64,000 nt of DNA from Octopus bimaculoides (Eukaryota). Both the position numbers and the translations under genes were made by a program. This document shows positions 1 through 11,330 of the stretch, in pieces (position 1 is the stretch's first letter; the number at the start of each line of letters is the position of its first letter). The DNA lies in contig NC_068984.1 in the NCBI RefSeq assembly GCF_001194135.2, positions 49,537,537-49,601,536 of the forward strand, read 5' to 3'. The notes beneath the pieces are model-generated. The model did no database searches and had not been told where the DNA came from. It saw only the letters and a program-made list of their open reading frames with translations.

Positions 1-278
1 TAATTTTATTACAGAAAAATTAATCCAGAGTTAATCCAGCTCCCTCCAAAGTTATATGGAAGGATTTATATTGTATATGAAATGATACAAAAAATATTTT
101 TCTTCAGTGTCATTGTCTTATATAAGGTGTATATATAATTTCTCTTTTAAAAAAAATGCACTTTGCATTTTTATAAGAAATAAATTCCTACAGTTTTATT
201 GTATTTTTCAAGGAGTTTATTATATCCATTTGAACAGGATACTTTTGTATACCATTTCTAATTTGAGATAACAGTATT

Positions 279-500
279 ATTGATATTGGTTTCAAATTTT
301 GGTACAGACCAACAATTTCAGGGGAGAAGATAAATTTATTACATCAATCCCAGTGTTCGACTGGTACTTATTTTATTACCCCTGAAAGGATGAAAGGCAA
401 AGTTGACTTTTGCAGAATTTGAACTCAGAACGTTAAGACAGATAAAATACTGCTAAGCATTTTGCCCAGCATACTAATGATTCTGCCACCTTGCTGCCTT
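279..500 (-). mobile_element. SINE family A copy
   Basis: Shares GAAAGGATGAAAGGCAAAGT(C/T)GAC...GAATTTGAACTCAGAA...GCTAAGCATTT...TTCTGCCA with the copies at 8.3, 8.8 and 9.0 kb. Confidence 0.85.
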
Positions 501-733
501 AACAGTATTATTGATATTAAAATAATAAATACTACCCCAACAGCATGCATTTACTGTATTTTCTTTCATATACAAAGCAATAGCTTTGTACCTAACAGAA
601 ATAAAATATTTATTCAGTTTCAGTTGCTTTTTTTAAAAATAATGTTTGGTATTTAAATAATGTTTGTTATTCATTAATCTTTATTTATTAAAATATTTAT
701 TTCAATATAACATACTTATTTATTATTTTGCAG

Positions 734-794
734 GAGCAAATTTCATCTGGAGGTTATGTTCTTTTATCTTCATGTCTGAGGACTATAAAGTACA
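734..794 (+). other. 5' UTR part of the first coding exon; an upstream non-coding exon probably lies outside the window
   Basis: Polypyrimidine tract + CAG at 731-733. In-frame stops (TGA 777-779, TAA 786-788) precede ATG 795. Confidence 0.65.
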
Positions 795-2597
795 ATGGAA
801 GGAACAGATATGTTAAGGCTGCATATGATTGAGAAATGTACCGGTGCTCAAAAGAGGAAACAGATGTCTCGTCGTTATCAGCCTAGACCAAAGCAAGTGT
901 TTGATGATGAAGAGGATGTTGCTCCTCTTAACCTTTCTCTTAATGACTCAAATTCCTATTCATCATCCATTGATGAAAGAAGAGAGAAAAATGGAAACTT
1001 GCAATCTTCCATGTCATCATTAACAAAAGTGCAGTCTGCTCCAAACCCTGGTGGGATTCCAAACAGTGATTCACTTGGATATGTGAAATCAGAATTGGAT
1101 ACATTAAAACCTTGGAATGAAAATGGCTGTGATATTACAAGAAGGAGTTCTCCTTCTAGTGAGTATCCAAGGAATTCTATAACACAACTTATCCAATCAA
1201 AGGACTCACCCAAGGAAATACCAAAGTACAGAAAGCCTCACAAACATACTATTGAATCTTTGCTTGAAAATGAAAAACCAACTCAAAAACCTGATAATTT
1301 TTCATCTAATCAAGAAGTTCCAAAGCAGTTTGATAGTTATGCTGTTAATACAGACCATAACAAAAAACTGACAGTAATTCTCCAAAAGATTACCTCACGA
1401 GATGACTGTAAAAGCCAAACAAAACAGCCTGAGTCTAATGTGATGCCAGTAAACATTTCAATGTCTGCTACAGATCCTGCTGGTGAAACGAAAAATGCCC
1501 GATATGAAACTCGTCATAATCGTAAAACAATTCATCCTATTTTATATTTTAGTGATTCTGATGATGATGAATTTCCTCCAGTTTGGAATTCAAGGCGAGG
1601 TAAAAAACGTAAAAAGCGAAGTCCTAAATCAACGTTGATAAAGAAAAGACTAAATAACTCAAAGCCAGTCATACCTAAGAAAATATTGCCTAAACCATTA
1701 GTTGCATCAAGGAAGAAACCCAAGAAAAAATCTTTATTTAGGATTCGACCTCGTATTTATCTTCCAAAATCTATCAAAGCTCATTGTGAGATTTGTGATA
1801 AACCTTTCCGAACATTAAGCACCATGAAGAAACATTTACTTCTTAAACACAATAAATCATCGTTTTCACATTTGTCATTTAGCAAATGGTTACGTTCTCA
1901 TTATAGCTACTTGAGAAGTTTTTACAGAATGATAGCAGTTTATAATCTGCCAAATTTAAAAAAACAATATACATGTTTGAGGTGCCAAAGAATATTTAAG
2001 CATTATAGTACCCTTCGTCTCCATTGTAAAATGAATCACTGGAAAGGTTGTCATGCATCACCTTCAAAGTTCTTTTTCAAGGATGGCAAATTAGTAAAAA
2101 GCAAGATTTCAATACCATCCTGGAAGACCAAAAAGAAGAAAGAGCTTAAGAAACGTGGTCGAAAACCCAAGCCACTTTATTTGAAAGGTTATAAGAAACG
2201 AGAGTTCCGCTGTCCAATTTGCCTCAAGTACATTGCTTCCAACAGAACCCTAGTGGTACATTTGCTACGAGTCCACTCCTTAAAGGAAAATGAGATTTCA
2301 TGTAGTGTCCTGCAAAATTTGCGATGTGTAGAATCTGATTGCAGCTTTGAAGGGAAATCACTCAAGTCTCTTTCTGATCATGCACGTCAGGAACATCCAA
2401 GTGTACGACATTTTTGCCCATACTGTAATCGTGGCTTCTATTTGGAATTTCTGCGAGACAAGCATGTGCTCATGAAGCATAAGTACCGTGAGCAACTGTT
2501 GAAGTTTGCTTGTAACCATTGTGGCAAGCGATATCTACGGAGATGCCATCTGCGAATGCACCAATATTCAAAACACTCAATACCACATAATGTCCAA
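795..2597 (+). CDS. C2H2 zinc-finger transcription factor, coding exon 1 (601 codons; disordered N-terminus + fingers 1-6)
   Basis: Acceptor ttttgcAG at 732-733. ATG 795 is preceded by in-frame stops, so it is the start. Six C-x2/4-C...H-x4-H fingers (e.g. CEICDKPFRTLSTMKKHLLLKH, CNHCGKRYLRRCHLRMHQYSKH). Donor CAA|GTAAGT at 2598, phase 0. Confidence 0.93.
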
Positions 2598-3134
2598 GTA
2601 AGTAATTGTATAATTTATTCATATATGTGTTTGTATCTGTGTGTGTTTGTTTGCTAGTGTGTGTGTGTGTGTGTGTGCAATCATGCATACAATAGCAAGC
2701 ATTATTCACTTAGGATTTCAATAAAGTAATTATAAATTCTCTTTCAGTATTTTTGATGACTATCATTAAACACTGAGTCAACTTCTTTAGTTTTTCATTT
2801 AATATTTGAGGAGAAAATTTGACTGTTATTCAATGAAAATGAATGATTAGTGAGCTGAAATAAATAGATTTCTAATAAAAAGAATTTATATGAAAGCCTT
2901 TGTGGTAACACTTATTTTAGTTTCAAAATATTTTTATCTTAGAATGAATATTCTTAAACTAATGCCTAGTAAAGGTTTGTTGTACTGCTGAAAACTTAAC
3001 TGTGTAATTCTATATACGTGTACAGACTTGGGCACACACTCACACATACATACAAACACATGTAAATATAATCCTTAACTACATATATCCATGTTCTTGT
3101 GTACGTATATGTGAGCATGTGTGTATATCCATAC

Positions 3135-3480
3135 ATTGTAGTCGTGGGCTAGAATGCAGAGGACTTGAGAAGACTGAAAATAATTAAGCTACCATGCTTC
3201 TTTGGATGTACAGTGTAAGTGCATATGAACAACAAAGTACAAATGTCTTGAGAGAAAAACTGGTTATAAAAGAAGAATCAGATGCAGGTTACAAAAATGA
3301 AAACTGTGTTAGTATGGACATGTGTTAGGCATGGTTGAGGACAGCTGTATAAAGAAAGGTTTATAACTTAATGTGAAAGAAGTTTCCAAAGGAGACCTAG
3401 GAAGATATGTGTCAAAATGGTAGAGGCTCACCTCAGGCTCTTGAATCTGATGGAGGAGAGGCTAAAGGACCAGGATGACT
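3135..3480 (+). mobile_element. RTE-X LINE C-terminal fragment
   Basis: Degenerate AEDLRRLEN.ASML.WMYSVS...LREKL...YGHVL...RPRK region. Confidence 0.65.
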
Positions 3481-3534
3481 GTCAATAGGCAGTTCTCAGG
3501 AAGACCCACCAATCTCTGCAAAACTAAGATTCTG

Positions 3535-4190
3535 GAACATAATGGGTGTATATACACACATTTGTGTTTGTGGGTGTGTATGTATGTGTGCATGTTTTGT
3601 CTTGTGTATCTGCATACTTCACCAGTTTTTCCCTGTTACCACATATCCATCTTACTCCTGTGCTCTGCATTCAAATTTTACATTGGTCACCTTCAACCAC
3701 AATACATACAAATCATTTCTCTCTCTCTCTCTCATTCATTCTTCCCCTGTATACTGTTCTATTGCTACTGTTCTGCTGGTCTTCCCTTACTACTCTCCAA
3801 CACATTGTATCATTGTGCATCTACCACACCTTATGCACCAATCATTAAATTCACCACCACCCCCAACCCTGCCCAATTTCTACAGTTCTTGCCTACTCTT
3901 TCTTACTTTCTATCCGACATATACTTAGCATCCCCCAGTCACTTCTACTCTCTTTGTACTTTGAGGGTCCAACTTGAGACCCCCCTCATCACTATTTTTA
4001 TCATCATCTAGCTCTATCCAGTTATTCGCATTCTCGCTTACATAATGGGAGTAGTCATGTTTCTCCTCTCCAGCAAGAAATCTGTTCTGGCCCCTTACCT
4101 CACATTTTAAACCTTTCTGCTGCAGCCTGACACAGTTAAAGGGAATCTTAGTTGTGCAAGTTACATATTGACATCACTAGGGCTGCTGCC
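3535..4190 (+). repeat. Unclassified pyrimidine-rich interspersed repeat family
   Basis: The 3' block CTCTATCCAGTTA...GTAGTCATG...AAGAAATCTGTTC...AAGGG(A/G)ATCTTAGTT recurs in part at about 9.6-10.1 kb, 12.9-13.7 kb, 15.6-16.2 kb (minus) and 58.2-58.4 kb. Confidence 0.6.
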
Positions 4191-4377
4191 ACAAAAAAAA
4201 AAAAAGAAAACAGCACTCTATGCACGCTGTAAAATGGTTGGTGTTAGGGAGAGTATTCAGCTATGAAAAACATGGCAAAGCTAACATTTAAGTATGATGC
4301 AGTCATTGAACTCACCAGATCCTCTCAAACCATCACATGCCAGCATAGAACATGGACCCTGAAGGATTATTATATTT

Positions 4378-4414
<37 letters not shown>

Positions 4415-4696
4415 TCTCCCTCTCTCTCTGTACATATACACACACACACACACATACATGGATGGATGTGCCTATACATCATATTCATTTACATATATAT
4501 TATATAAATACATGTGTATATATATTAACATATATTGTATATATATATGTATTCGAGCATGATTGTTGCCAGGGCTGCTGACTGGCTCCCGTTCCAGTGG
4601 CACGTAAAAAGCAGCATTCAAGTGTGATGGTTGCCAGCGTCGCCTCACTAGCCCCTGTGTGGATGGCATGTAAAAAGCACCATTCGAGCGTGGTCA

Positions 4697-5071
4697 TGGG
4701 AGGGCTGTGTGGTAAGAAGATTGCTTCCCAACCACATAATTTCGGGTTCAGTCCCACTGCATGACACCTTGAGCCTACGATAGCCTTGAGTTGACCAAAG
4801 CCTTGTCAGAGGATTTAGTAGATGGAAACTGAATGAAGCCCATTGTATATATCTAGATGTCTATGTGTGTGTGTCTGTGTTTGTCTCCCACCACTGACAA
4901 CCGGTCTTGGTTTGTCTATGTCTCCATCACTTAGCAGTTCAGCAAAATAAACCAATTGAAAAAGTACCAAGCTTAAAAGAAATAGGTCCTGTGGTCAATT
5001 TGCTTGATTGAAACCCTTCAAGGTGGTGCTCCATCATAGCCACAGTCAACTGACTAAAACAAGTAAGAAAA
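4697..5071 (+). mobile_element. SINE family B (tRNA-like head, internal microsatellite), near full length
   Basis: A-box-like TGTGTGGTAAG and B-box-like GGGTTCAGTCCC. Body GGATTTAGTAGATGGAAACTGAATGAAGCCC, internal (TG)n, 3' GGTGCTCC...CAGTCAACTGACTAAAACAAGTAA. Confidence 0.85.
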
Positions 5072-5689
5072 ATTAATAAGATATATATANNNNNNNNNNN
5101 NNNNNNNNNNNNNNNNNNNNNNNNNNNNNNNNNNNNNNNNNNNNNNNNNNNNNNNNNNNNNNNNNNNNNNNNNNNNNNNNNNNNNNNNNNNNNNNNNNNN
5201 NNNNNNNNNNNNNNNNNNNNNNNNNNNNNNNNNNNNNNNNNNNNNNNNNNNNNNNNNNNNNNNNNNNNNNNNNNNNNNNNNNNNNNNNNNNNNNNNNNNN
5301 NNNNNNNNNNNNNNNNNNNGCTTTCATTGCATAGCAAATTTTCAAGAAGAGGTAAAATGAAAATAATGTTTTTTACAAAAAGATAAAATATATATAAAAA
5401 AATAAATATACCAATACATTATATTGTCTTTGAGCTTTTATAGATAATTGTTAGAAAGATTAGGATGCATGTATTTAAGATGAGTGTTGTGTTTAAAAGG
5501 CTGACTGTTTATGTGTCAAACAGGAAGTGTGGATAAGGGGAGACAATTCTGTGGGTTTTATACTCTTTAGTTGGGGTTCTGGACTCTTTGTTAACAGAAA
5601 GTTTATGTCTGTTCTTAGAGAAACAAAAAAGTAAATTTATATGTATTTCATTGGATAGGCAAGAGAAGGGAATATGGTCACTGAGGAGT

Positions 5690-5929
5690 TCATATGTTAA
5701 GAAGCGTTTGGAATTTCCTTATAAAAAGATTATTCTTGTTGATTCTTTCTTGTGTAGAGAATCTGTCTTTACATTGATAGAAAGGGGATATAAGGAATTT
5801 AGGATTTTTATATCTAGTTCAAGAGTCTATGTGGCCACTGAGTGGAATTTGGCGGTGTTGTGGAAGATTTATTTGTTCTTTATGGACTGCTATTCTTCTA
5901 CGCAAAGAAGGCTCGTCTGTCTGATATAG
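5690..5929 (-). mobile_element. PLE GIY-YIG endonuclease C-terminal fragment (one internal stop)
   Basis: LYQTDEPSLRRRIAVHKEQI...PLSGHID...ERINKNNLFIRKFQTLLNI* matches the (YIG)QT..SLR.R...H...I.K..PLLN pattern. Confidence 0.6.
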
Positions 5930-6877
5930 TTGTGTTGGCAACTATATATATATATTTATCAGTTTATTTCCCATCCATTTCCAATATTGTGCAAGAATGT
6001 GTCTGGCTATGGGGAAATACTACCTTGTGTGGAAACAGGTGAGGGCTAGCAACAGGAACAGTATAAAGCTGTAGAAAATCTGCCTGAATAAACACTGTCT
6101 GACACATACAAACATGGTAAAGTGAACATAAAAATTGGTGATTGTATGTATGTACTGTATTTGTGTGTGTGTGTGTGTGTAGGCATCTATGCCATTCCAT
6201 GTATAAAATAACTGCACCATTTCATGTGCAAAGCACCCATGCTGGTGCCATGTAAAAAGCACCTAGCTCATTCTGTAAAGTGGTTAGCATTAAGGACATC
6301 CAGCTGTAGAAACCAAGGCAAATCAGGCTGAAACATGGTACAGCTCTCCAGCTTGTCAGTTCTTGTCAAACAAACCAACCTATGCCAGCATGAAAAACAG
6401 ATGATAAATGATGATGGTGCTCAAGCATGGTCACAGATTTAGAGCTGAAATGTATAAAATAATAAAGGAATGATAATATTCTTGGATTTTATGTTATGAT
6501 GTAATCTATGAATACATCAATAAAATTCTACCAGAACAGCAGTTGTAAATTTTAAATGCCATTTGTGTTCTATTATATATATAGATATATATATCATGCT
6601 ACAGTAACATTGCCTTGACTAAGACAGAGCAAAAGTTAAGTAATATTTCCAGCTGCATGTAACTCTTTCTTAATCTAAATTTTATGGAGTATTAAATGCT
6701 GGGAGGTAACATATACATTTGAATAATTTATGTCTGAGAGCAGAATAAAATAGTTAGTTGGTTTAAGTGTTGTTATTACAAGGTCATGGATTACTTTATC
6801 TTATGTTTTTCACTATTGAATACTGATATGTTATTTGTTAATCATTATGTAAACGATTGCATGATTGGATTGAAATG

Positions 6878-6951
6878 CCAGATCTATGTACCATCACAAG
6901 ATGGCTGACAGTGTACCAGATCTATGTACCATCACAAGATGGCTGACAGTG
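6878..6951. repeat. Perfect 36-bp direct duplication (38-bp period)
   Basis: CCAGATCTATGTACCATCACAAGATGGCTGACAGTG at 6878-6913 and 6916-6951. Confidence 0.95.
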
Positions 6952-7133
6952 CAAACATTTAACTTTGTTTAAACATAAGGAAACACTCTTTTTAAAGCAA
7001 TTAAAAACACAAAAGGGCTAGTATTTTTATGTTATCAGGAAAATAAAAAGGAAAACAGGAACAATGTAGATTACAAGTGTAAGAGGAAAAGGAGGTCAAC
7101 TATCTATGTTGTCAATTGTTCAAAGAAATTTGT

Positions 7134-7600
7134 ATGGATTTGATTGGCCAAAATGTTCGGTTTTTTTTTTTTGTTGGCACTAAATTTCAAGCACTCTAAT
7201 AAGTAGCGAACTCCAGTCTGTTCCTTACACATGTGCGCTTGTTAGCTATTCAACACGTAAACGTAATCTGATGTGAACTTGTGATGACACAGGTTGTGTT
7301 TTTTTTTTGTGCTTCGACTACTCTGAAAATGTGAAACCAAAATGGATGTTATCAACACCTTATGCTTTTTTATTTTATAAAAGGCAAGAAATTCATGGAA
7401 ACCTGCAAAAGATATGTGCTGTTTATAGAGAGGATGCTGTAATGGAACATGTATGCCAGTTGTTTTCAAGATTTCACTTGGAAAGGTGTATGGTTCAAGA
7501 TGCACTTCACTCTGTCTTGCAAACTGAGACTAACAGCAACAAAATGAAGGAGTTAGTCTACATAAATCCTTCTATAAATCATCCTATATTCATGATATGT
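7134..7600 (+). mobile_element. Mariner 5' fragment (TIR-like end + N-terminal HTH), mellifera-like
   Basis: GATTGGCCAAAATGTTCGGTTTTT TIR-like end. FLFYKRQ...KICAVYREDAV...CQLFSRF...VQDALHS matches the mariner HTH pattern LFYFRKG...KICAVYG.DAV...CQ.WF.RF...DAPRSGRP. Confidence 0.72.
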
Positions 7601-7934
7601 GTGTTAACCAACCTACCCACTCACTTCTTTCTATTAGGCATAAAAACTATAATTTGGTAATGTTTAAACAAACAAACATGTGCATGCTGCATTAAAGGAA
7701 GAAACAGTGACAAGTGAACATTCTGTCAATAATAATAACAATAAGCTTAAAGCTTATTAGCATTCACTGTGTAATTGGCTAAAGAAAATAATGTAATATT
7801 GAGGCTTATAAGCCCTCAATGGAAAAAGTGAGTATTAGCTTGCTTTGGAATCATACCCACGCCTCTTATATTTGCAATAAGTATGATTACACCAACCTAC
7901 CAACCCACTTCTTCCTGTTAGATTTAAGAACTTA

Positions 7935-8080
7935 TATATAAAGGGCTTTTTCAGTTTCTGTCTACCAAATCCATTCATTAAGCTTTGGTTGGAGCGATAG
8001 TAGTTAATACTTGACCAAGGTATCATGCAGTGGGACTGAACCTGGAACTATATGGCAAGGGAGCAAACTTCTTACCACTG
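7935..8080 (-). mobile_element. SINE family B, 5' half
   Basis: TTTCAGTTTCTGTCTACCAAATCC...GCAGTGGGACTGAACC...CTTCTTACCAC is the reverse complement of the 4.7-kb head. Confidence 0.8.
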
Positions 8081-8159
8081 CTATTGATAGTTGCTCATAT
8101 CCCTCTTACATTGATCTTGAGAGAAGTTCAATCATGCTACAATCTTAGCAGCTGAGAAA

Positions 8160-8222
8160 ATGAACCATCTCCTGTTTATGGACGACCTCAAATTATTTGC
8201 CAAAAGTGAGAAAGCTTTAGAT
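8160..8222 (+). mobile_element. Non-LTR RT fragment (R4/Dong-like), interrupted by a SINE
   Basis: MNHLLFMDDLKLFAKSEKALD, continuing as SL after the SINE (8533 onward). HLL(F/Y)MDDLKL is the RT catalytic motif typical of R4-type elements. Confidence 0.6.
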
Positions 8223-8223
8223 T

Positions 8224-8527
8224 ATTATTTCTTTATTGCCCACAAGGGGCTAAACATAGAGGGGACAAACAAGGACAGACAAAGGCTTGAAGTCGATTAC
8301 ATCGACCCCAATATGTAACTGATACTTATTTAATCAACCCTGAAAGGATGAAAGGCAAAGTCGACCTCAGCGGAATTTGAACTCAGAATGTAACAGCAGA
8401 CGAAATACCGCTAAGCATTTCGCCCGGCNNNNNNNNNNGCGGAATTTGAACTCAGAATGTAACAGCAGACGAAATACCGCTAAGCATTTCGCCCGGCATG
8501 CTAACGTTTCTGCCAGCTTGCTGCTTT
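8224..8527 (-). mobile_element. SINE family A, young copy (CpGs retained), with a 10-N gap inside
   Basis: Full family-A body with (ATT)-type tail. GCTTTAGATT is repeated at 8214-8223 and 8523-8532 (candidate TSD, partly overlapping the SINE head). Confidence 0.9.
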
Positions 8528-8659
8528 AGATTCATTGTGCCTTTCGCCTTTCTTTCCAGTTTTTTTTTTTAACCCAACATGGTCATAAGCTTTCTTGCAC
8601 AATAACATTACTCTACAAAGCCTGGTTGTTTTTTTAGCAGTTATCTAGACAAAATAATA

Positions 8660-8876
8660 ATGATTTCAAATTTTGGCACAAAGTCAGCATTTCTGAGGGA
8701 GGTATAAGTCAATTACATTGACCCCAGTGCTCAAATGCTACTTACTTTATTGACTCTGAAAGAAAGAAAGGTAAAGTCGACTTTAGTGGAATTTGAACTC
8801 AGAATACATAAAGACAGATGAAATACTATTAAGCATTTTACCCAGCATGCTAATGGTTCTGCCAGCTTGCTGCCTT
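8660..8876 (-). mobile_element. SINE family A copy
   Basis: Same motifs as 279-500 (GTAAAGTCGACTTTAGTGGAATTTGAACTCAGAA...TTCTGCCAGCTTGCTGCCTT). Confidence 0.85.
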
Positions 8877-8902
8877 AATAATAATGATAATTAAGATAAT
8901 GC

Positions 8903-9097
8903 TTTTAAAAATTGGTACAAAGCTAGGGAAGGAGGTTAGTCAATTACATTAACCTTAGTACTTTGCTGGTATTTATTTTATTTACACTGAAAAGATGAAA
9001 GACAATATCGTTCTTGACAGAATTTGAACTCAAAATGTAAAAAGCTGAGAGAAATGTTGCTAAGTATTTTCTCCACTGCTCTAACAATTCTGCCAAA
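8903..9097 (-). mobile_element. SINE family A, diverged copy
   Basis: GAAAAGATGAAAGACAA...GAATTTGAACTCAAAATG...GCTAAGTATTT...TTCTGCCA. Confidence 0.75.
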
Positions 9098-9136
9098 CAA
9101 TAGCAAAATGTCGACTACAAGAGGAACCACTAATGG

Positions 9137-9164
<28 letters not shown>

Positions 9165-9169
<5 letters not shown>

Positions 9170-9378
9170 ATAATAAATGAGTATATGCATATATACGTAC
9201 AAGTATGTGCATACCTGCATCTACCTGTATATATAGGTGCATATCTGGGTACAGGACGTTGCAAACAAAATGTAGACAAAAAAAATAATAATAACCAGAG
9301 TACAGAAAACACACAGGCCACATAGAGAACATTTTCCTTCATCAGCTGCCACCATTCTAACACAGGCGTTTCGAAGAG
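9165..9378. mobile_element. Unclassified ~200-bp element embedded in (TA)n, copy 1
   Basis: Collinear with 57601-57795 apart from one ~25-30 nt indel. TA repeats on both sides. Confidence 0.85.
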
Positions 9379-9427
9379 ATATGTATATGTATANNNNNNN
9401 NNNNNNNNNNNNNNNNNNNNNNNNNNN

Positions 9428-9479
<52 letters not shown>

Positions 9480-10959
9480 CATATACATATATCACGAGGA
9501 GAAAGTAAAAGAAAGTGATTGTTGACAATTTTATGGCATTTAGCCAAAGAAAATACTATTTGGCAGATGCAATGTATAGACTGTGTGAGTATCTGTGTAG
9601 TACCTACTCTTCCTGTCCTTCCCTGTGACTCGCCCTCCACCATTCACTTCATTCACCCTTCAGTCCTATCCAACCTCTAGTCCACATATACTCTCTCCCA
9701 CCTCCTCATATTTATAATCAACCACCTCCACCTTCCATCTCAACCCTTGTTCATCATTCAGTTTATTCATACTCCTACCCTATCTCTAGCCATCTCTCAC
9801 CATCTCCATGCACCTTTGCGACCTCTACCCACTCACCGTTACTGTACTTCTGCCCCTAGGGCTTCCACTGATACCTCATCACCACTACCTTTATCTCTCT
9901 TTCCAGCTTCACACTAATTACACTCACCCACTTTTGTATAATATGAGCAGCCAGATACAACAAAAAAGCTATTTCAATTCCTCCCTTCAGTCTTTAACCT
10001 TTCATCATCTAGCATAAAGATGTCTCCTTGTCTGTTGTAATGCCACTTAGTTGAAGGGGATCTTAGTTTATATCCACCGGTCAGTCAATCAATATGTAAA
10101 TCCCTGGCCTGCTGCTAATTTTGATACATATGTCTAAGCCCTTTTGGAGAACATAGTGTTACCCTGGAAGAAGCTAACAAATAACCATGACCCAAGATAT
10201 AAATAATATAATACTAGCAGCAGCAGCAGGTCAACTTGTTCCTGTAGTCTATGCATGTCGCTATAAGTATGTATATGTGCATGGAACAGTGTGTAGATGG
10301 AATGAGGTCAATATGTGTTATCCTGGCTTGTGTGTGTGTGTGTATAATGTATGTACATATGCATGTATACAATGTATGTTTATGTATGTATGCATATATG
10401 TATGCCTATATATATGTATATATATGTCTGTGCATATGTGTGTGTGTTTATATGAATGTATATTATATATATGTGCTGCTGGAAGCCTTATACATGTGTG
10501 TGATTTATGTATGTCTTTGTAAACAACAAAAGTCATCTGATGTAATAAGATAACTACATAAGTATGCAAACTGTCTGCCAACCTGGAATCTTTCTGCCCA
10601 AATACCATAAACCTATCATGATTGGAAAGCCAATTTTAAAATCCTTATATAATTTTGTTCAAGATTAATTATTCACTTTACCTTATCCCAGCTTCCATCT
10701 ATTACCCTTATCCTTATCTTTATATTCTGTTCATATGCTACATGCCACTAGTGTTATTGGTTTGTCTGTTTTTATTTTTTTTTTTTAATGTTGTTCATGT
10801 ATGCAATAGTGTTGTTCTTTTTGACACTACTATAACTAATAGTGTAAATTCATGTTCCCTCAGCTCTACTTTTTAATTTCTTGTGTATGTGTGTGTGTGT
10901 GTGTGTGAGTATGTATACATACTGACATATACATGCACACGTATATACAGTTTTTCTTA

Positions 10960-11330
10960 AGTCATCTACACTCTGTCGAATATGCATATTAACATTACCC
11001 ATTCATCAGAGCATATTGGCTTGGTTTCTTTCAAGCCTTTGCATATCCTCAGTAGTCACAGCTCATATCTCACTACTATGTAGCATAGCTGTTCGTACAC
11101 AGCTATCAGACAGTCTACCTTTGACTCTGAGGGAGAGGCCCTTTGTCACTAATAGAGGTAGTAAGCCCTTTGAACTTTGCATAACTTATTCTTATTCTAG
11201 GAGCTGTGCTATCAGAACAACCTTCCCCATCTACTAACTTGGTCACCTAAGGATTCCTTGTGATATTTGAGGGAATCCATTTTTTGTACATTCCTGGTGT
11301 TTAATATACCTGCTTTCACTGCATTAATAA
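10960..11330 (-). mobile_element. RTE-X LINE fragment
   Basis: Minus strand: MDSLKY...LGDQVS, then CVRTAMLHSSEI*AVTTEDMQRLERNQANML. Confidence 0.75.

Noticed and set aside
2598-2657. Last 19 aa of the 620-aa ORF as the true C-terminus
   Set aside because: They follow a consensus GTAAGT donor and run into (TG)n sequence. Downstream exons continue the finger array in phase.
7217-7275. Finger-like SVPYTCALVSYSTRKRNLM after a CAG, as a possible extra exon
   Set aside because: It lacks the second Cys and both His, hits a stop, and lies within the mariner relic. Exon 1 already joins 41460 in phase.
7307-7400. CFDYS...PYAFLFYKR resembling a ubiquitin-specific protease His box
   Set aside because: The downstream residues and the upstream TIR-like end fit a mariner N-terminal HTH much better.
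8370-8497. Exact 59-bp duplication on either side of a 10-N gap
   Set aside because: Identical sequence flanking a minimal gap is the signature of unmerged contig overlap, not a biological tandem repeat.
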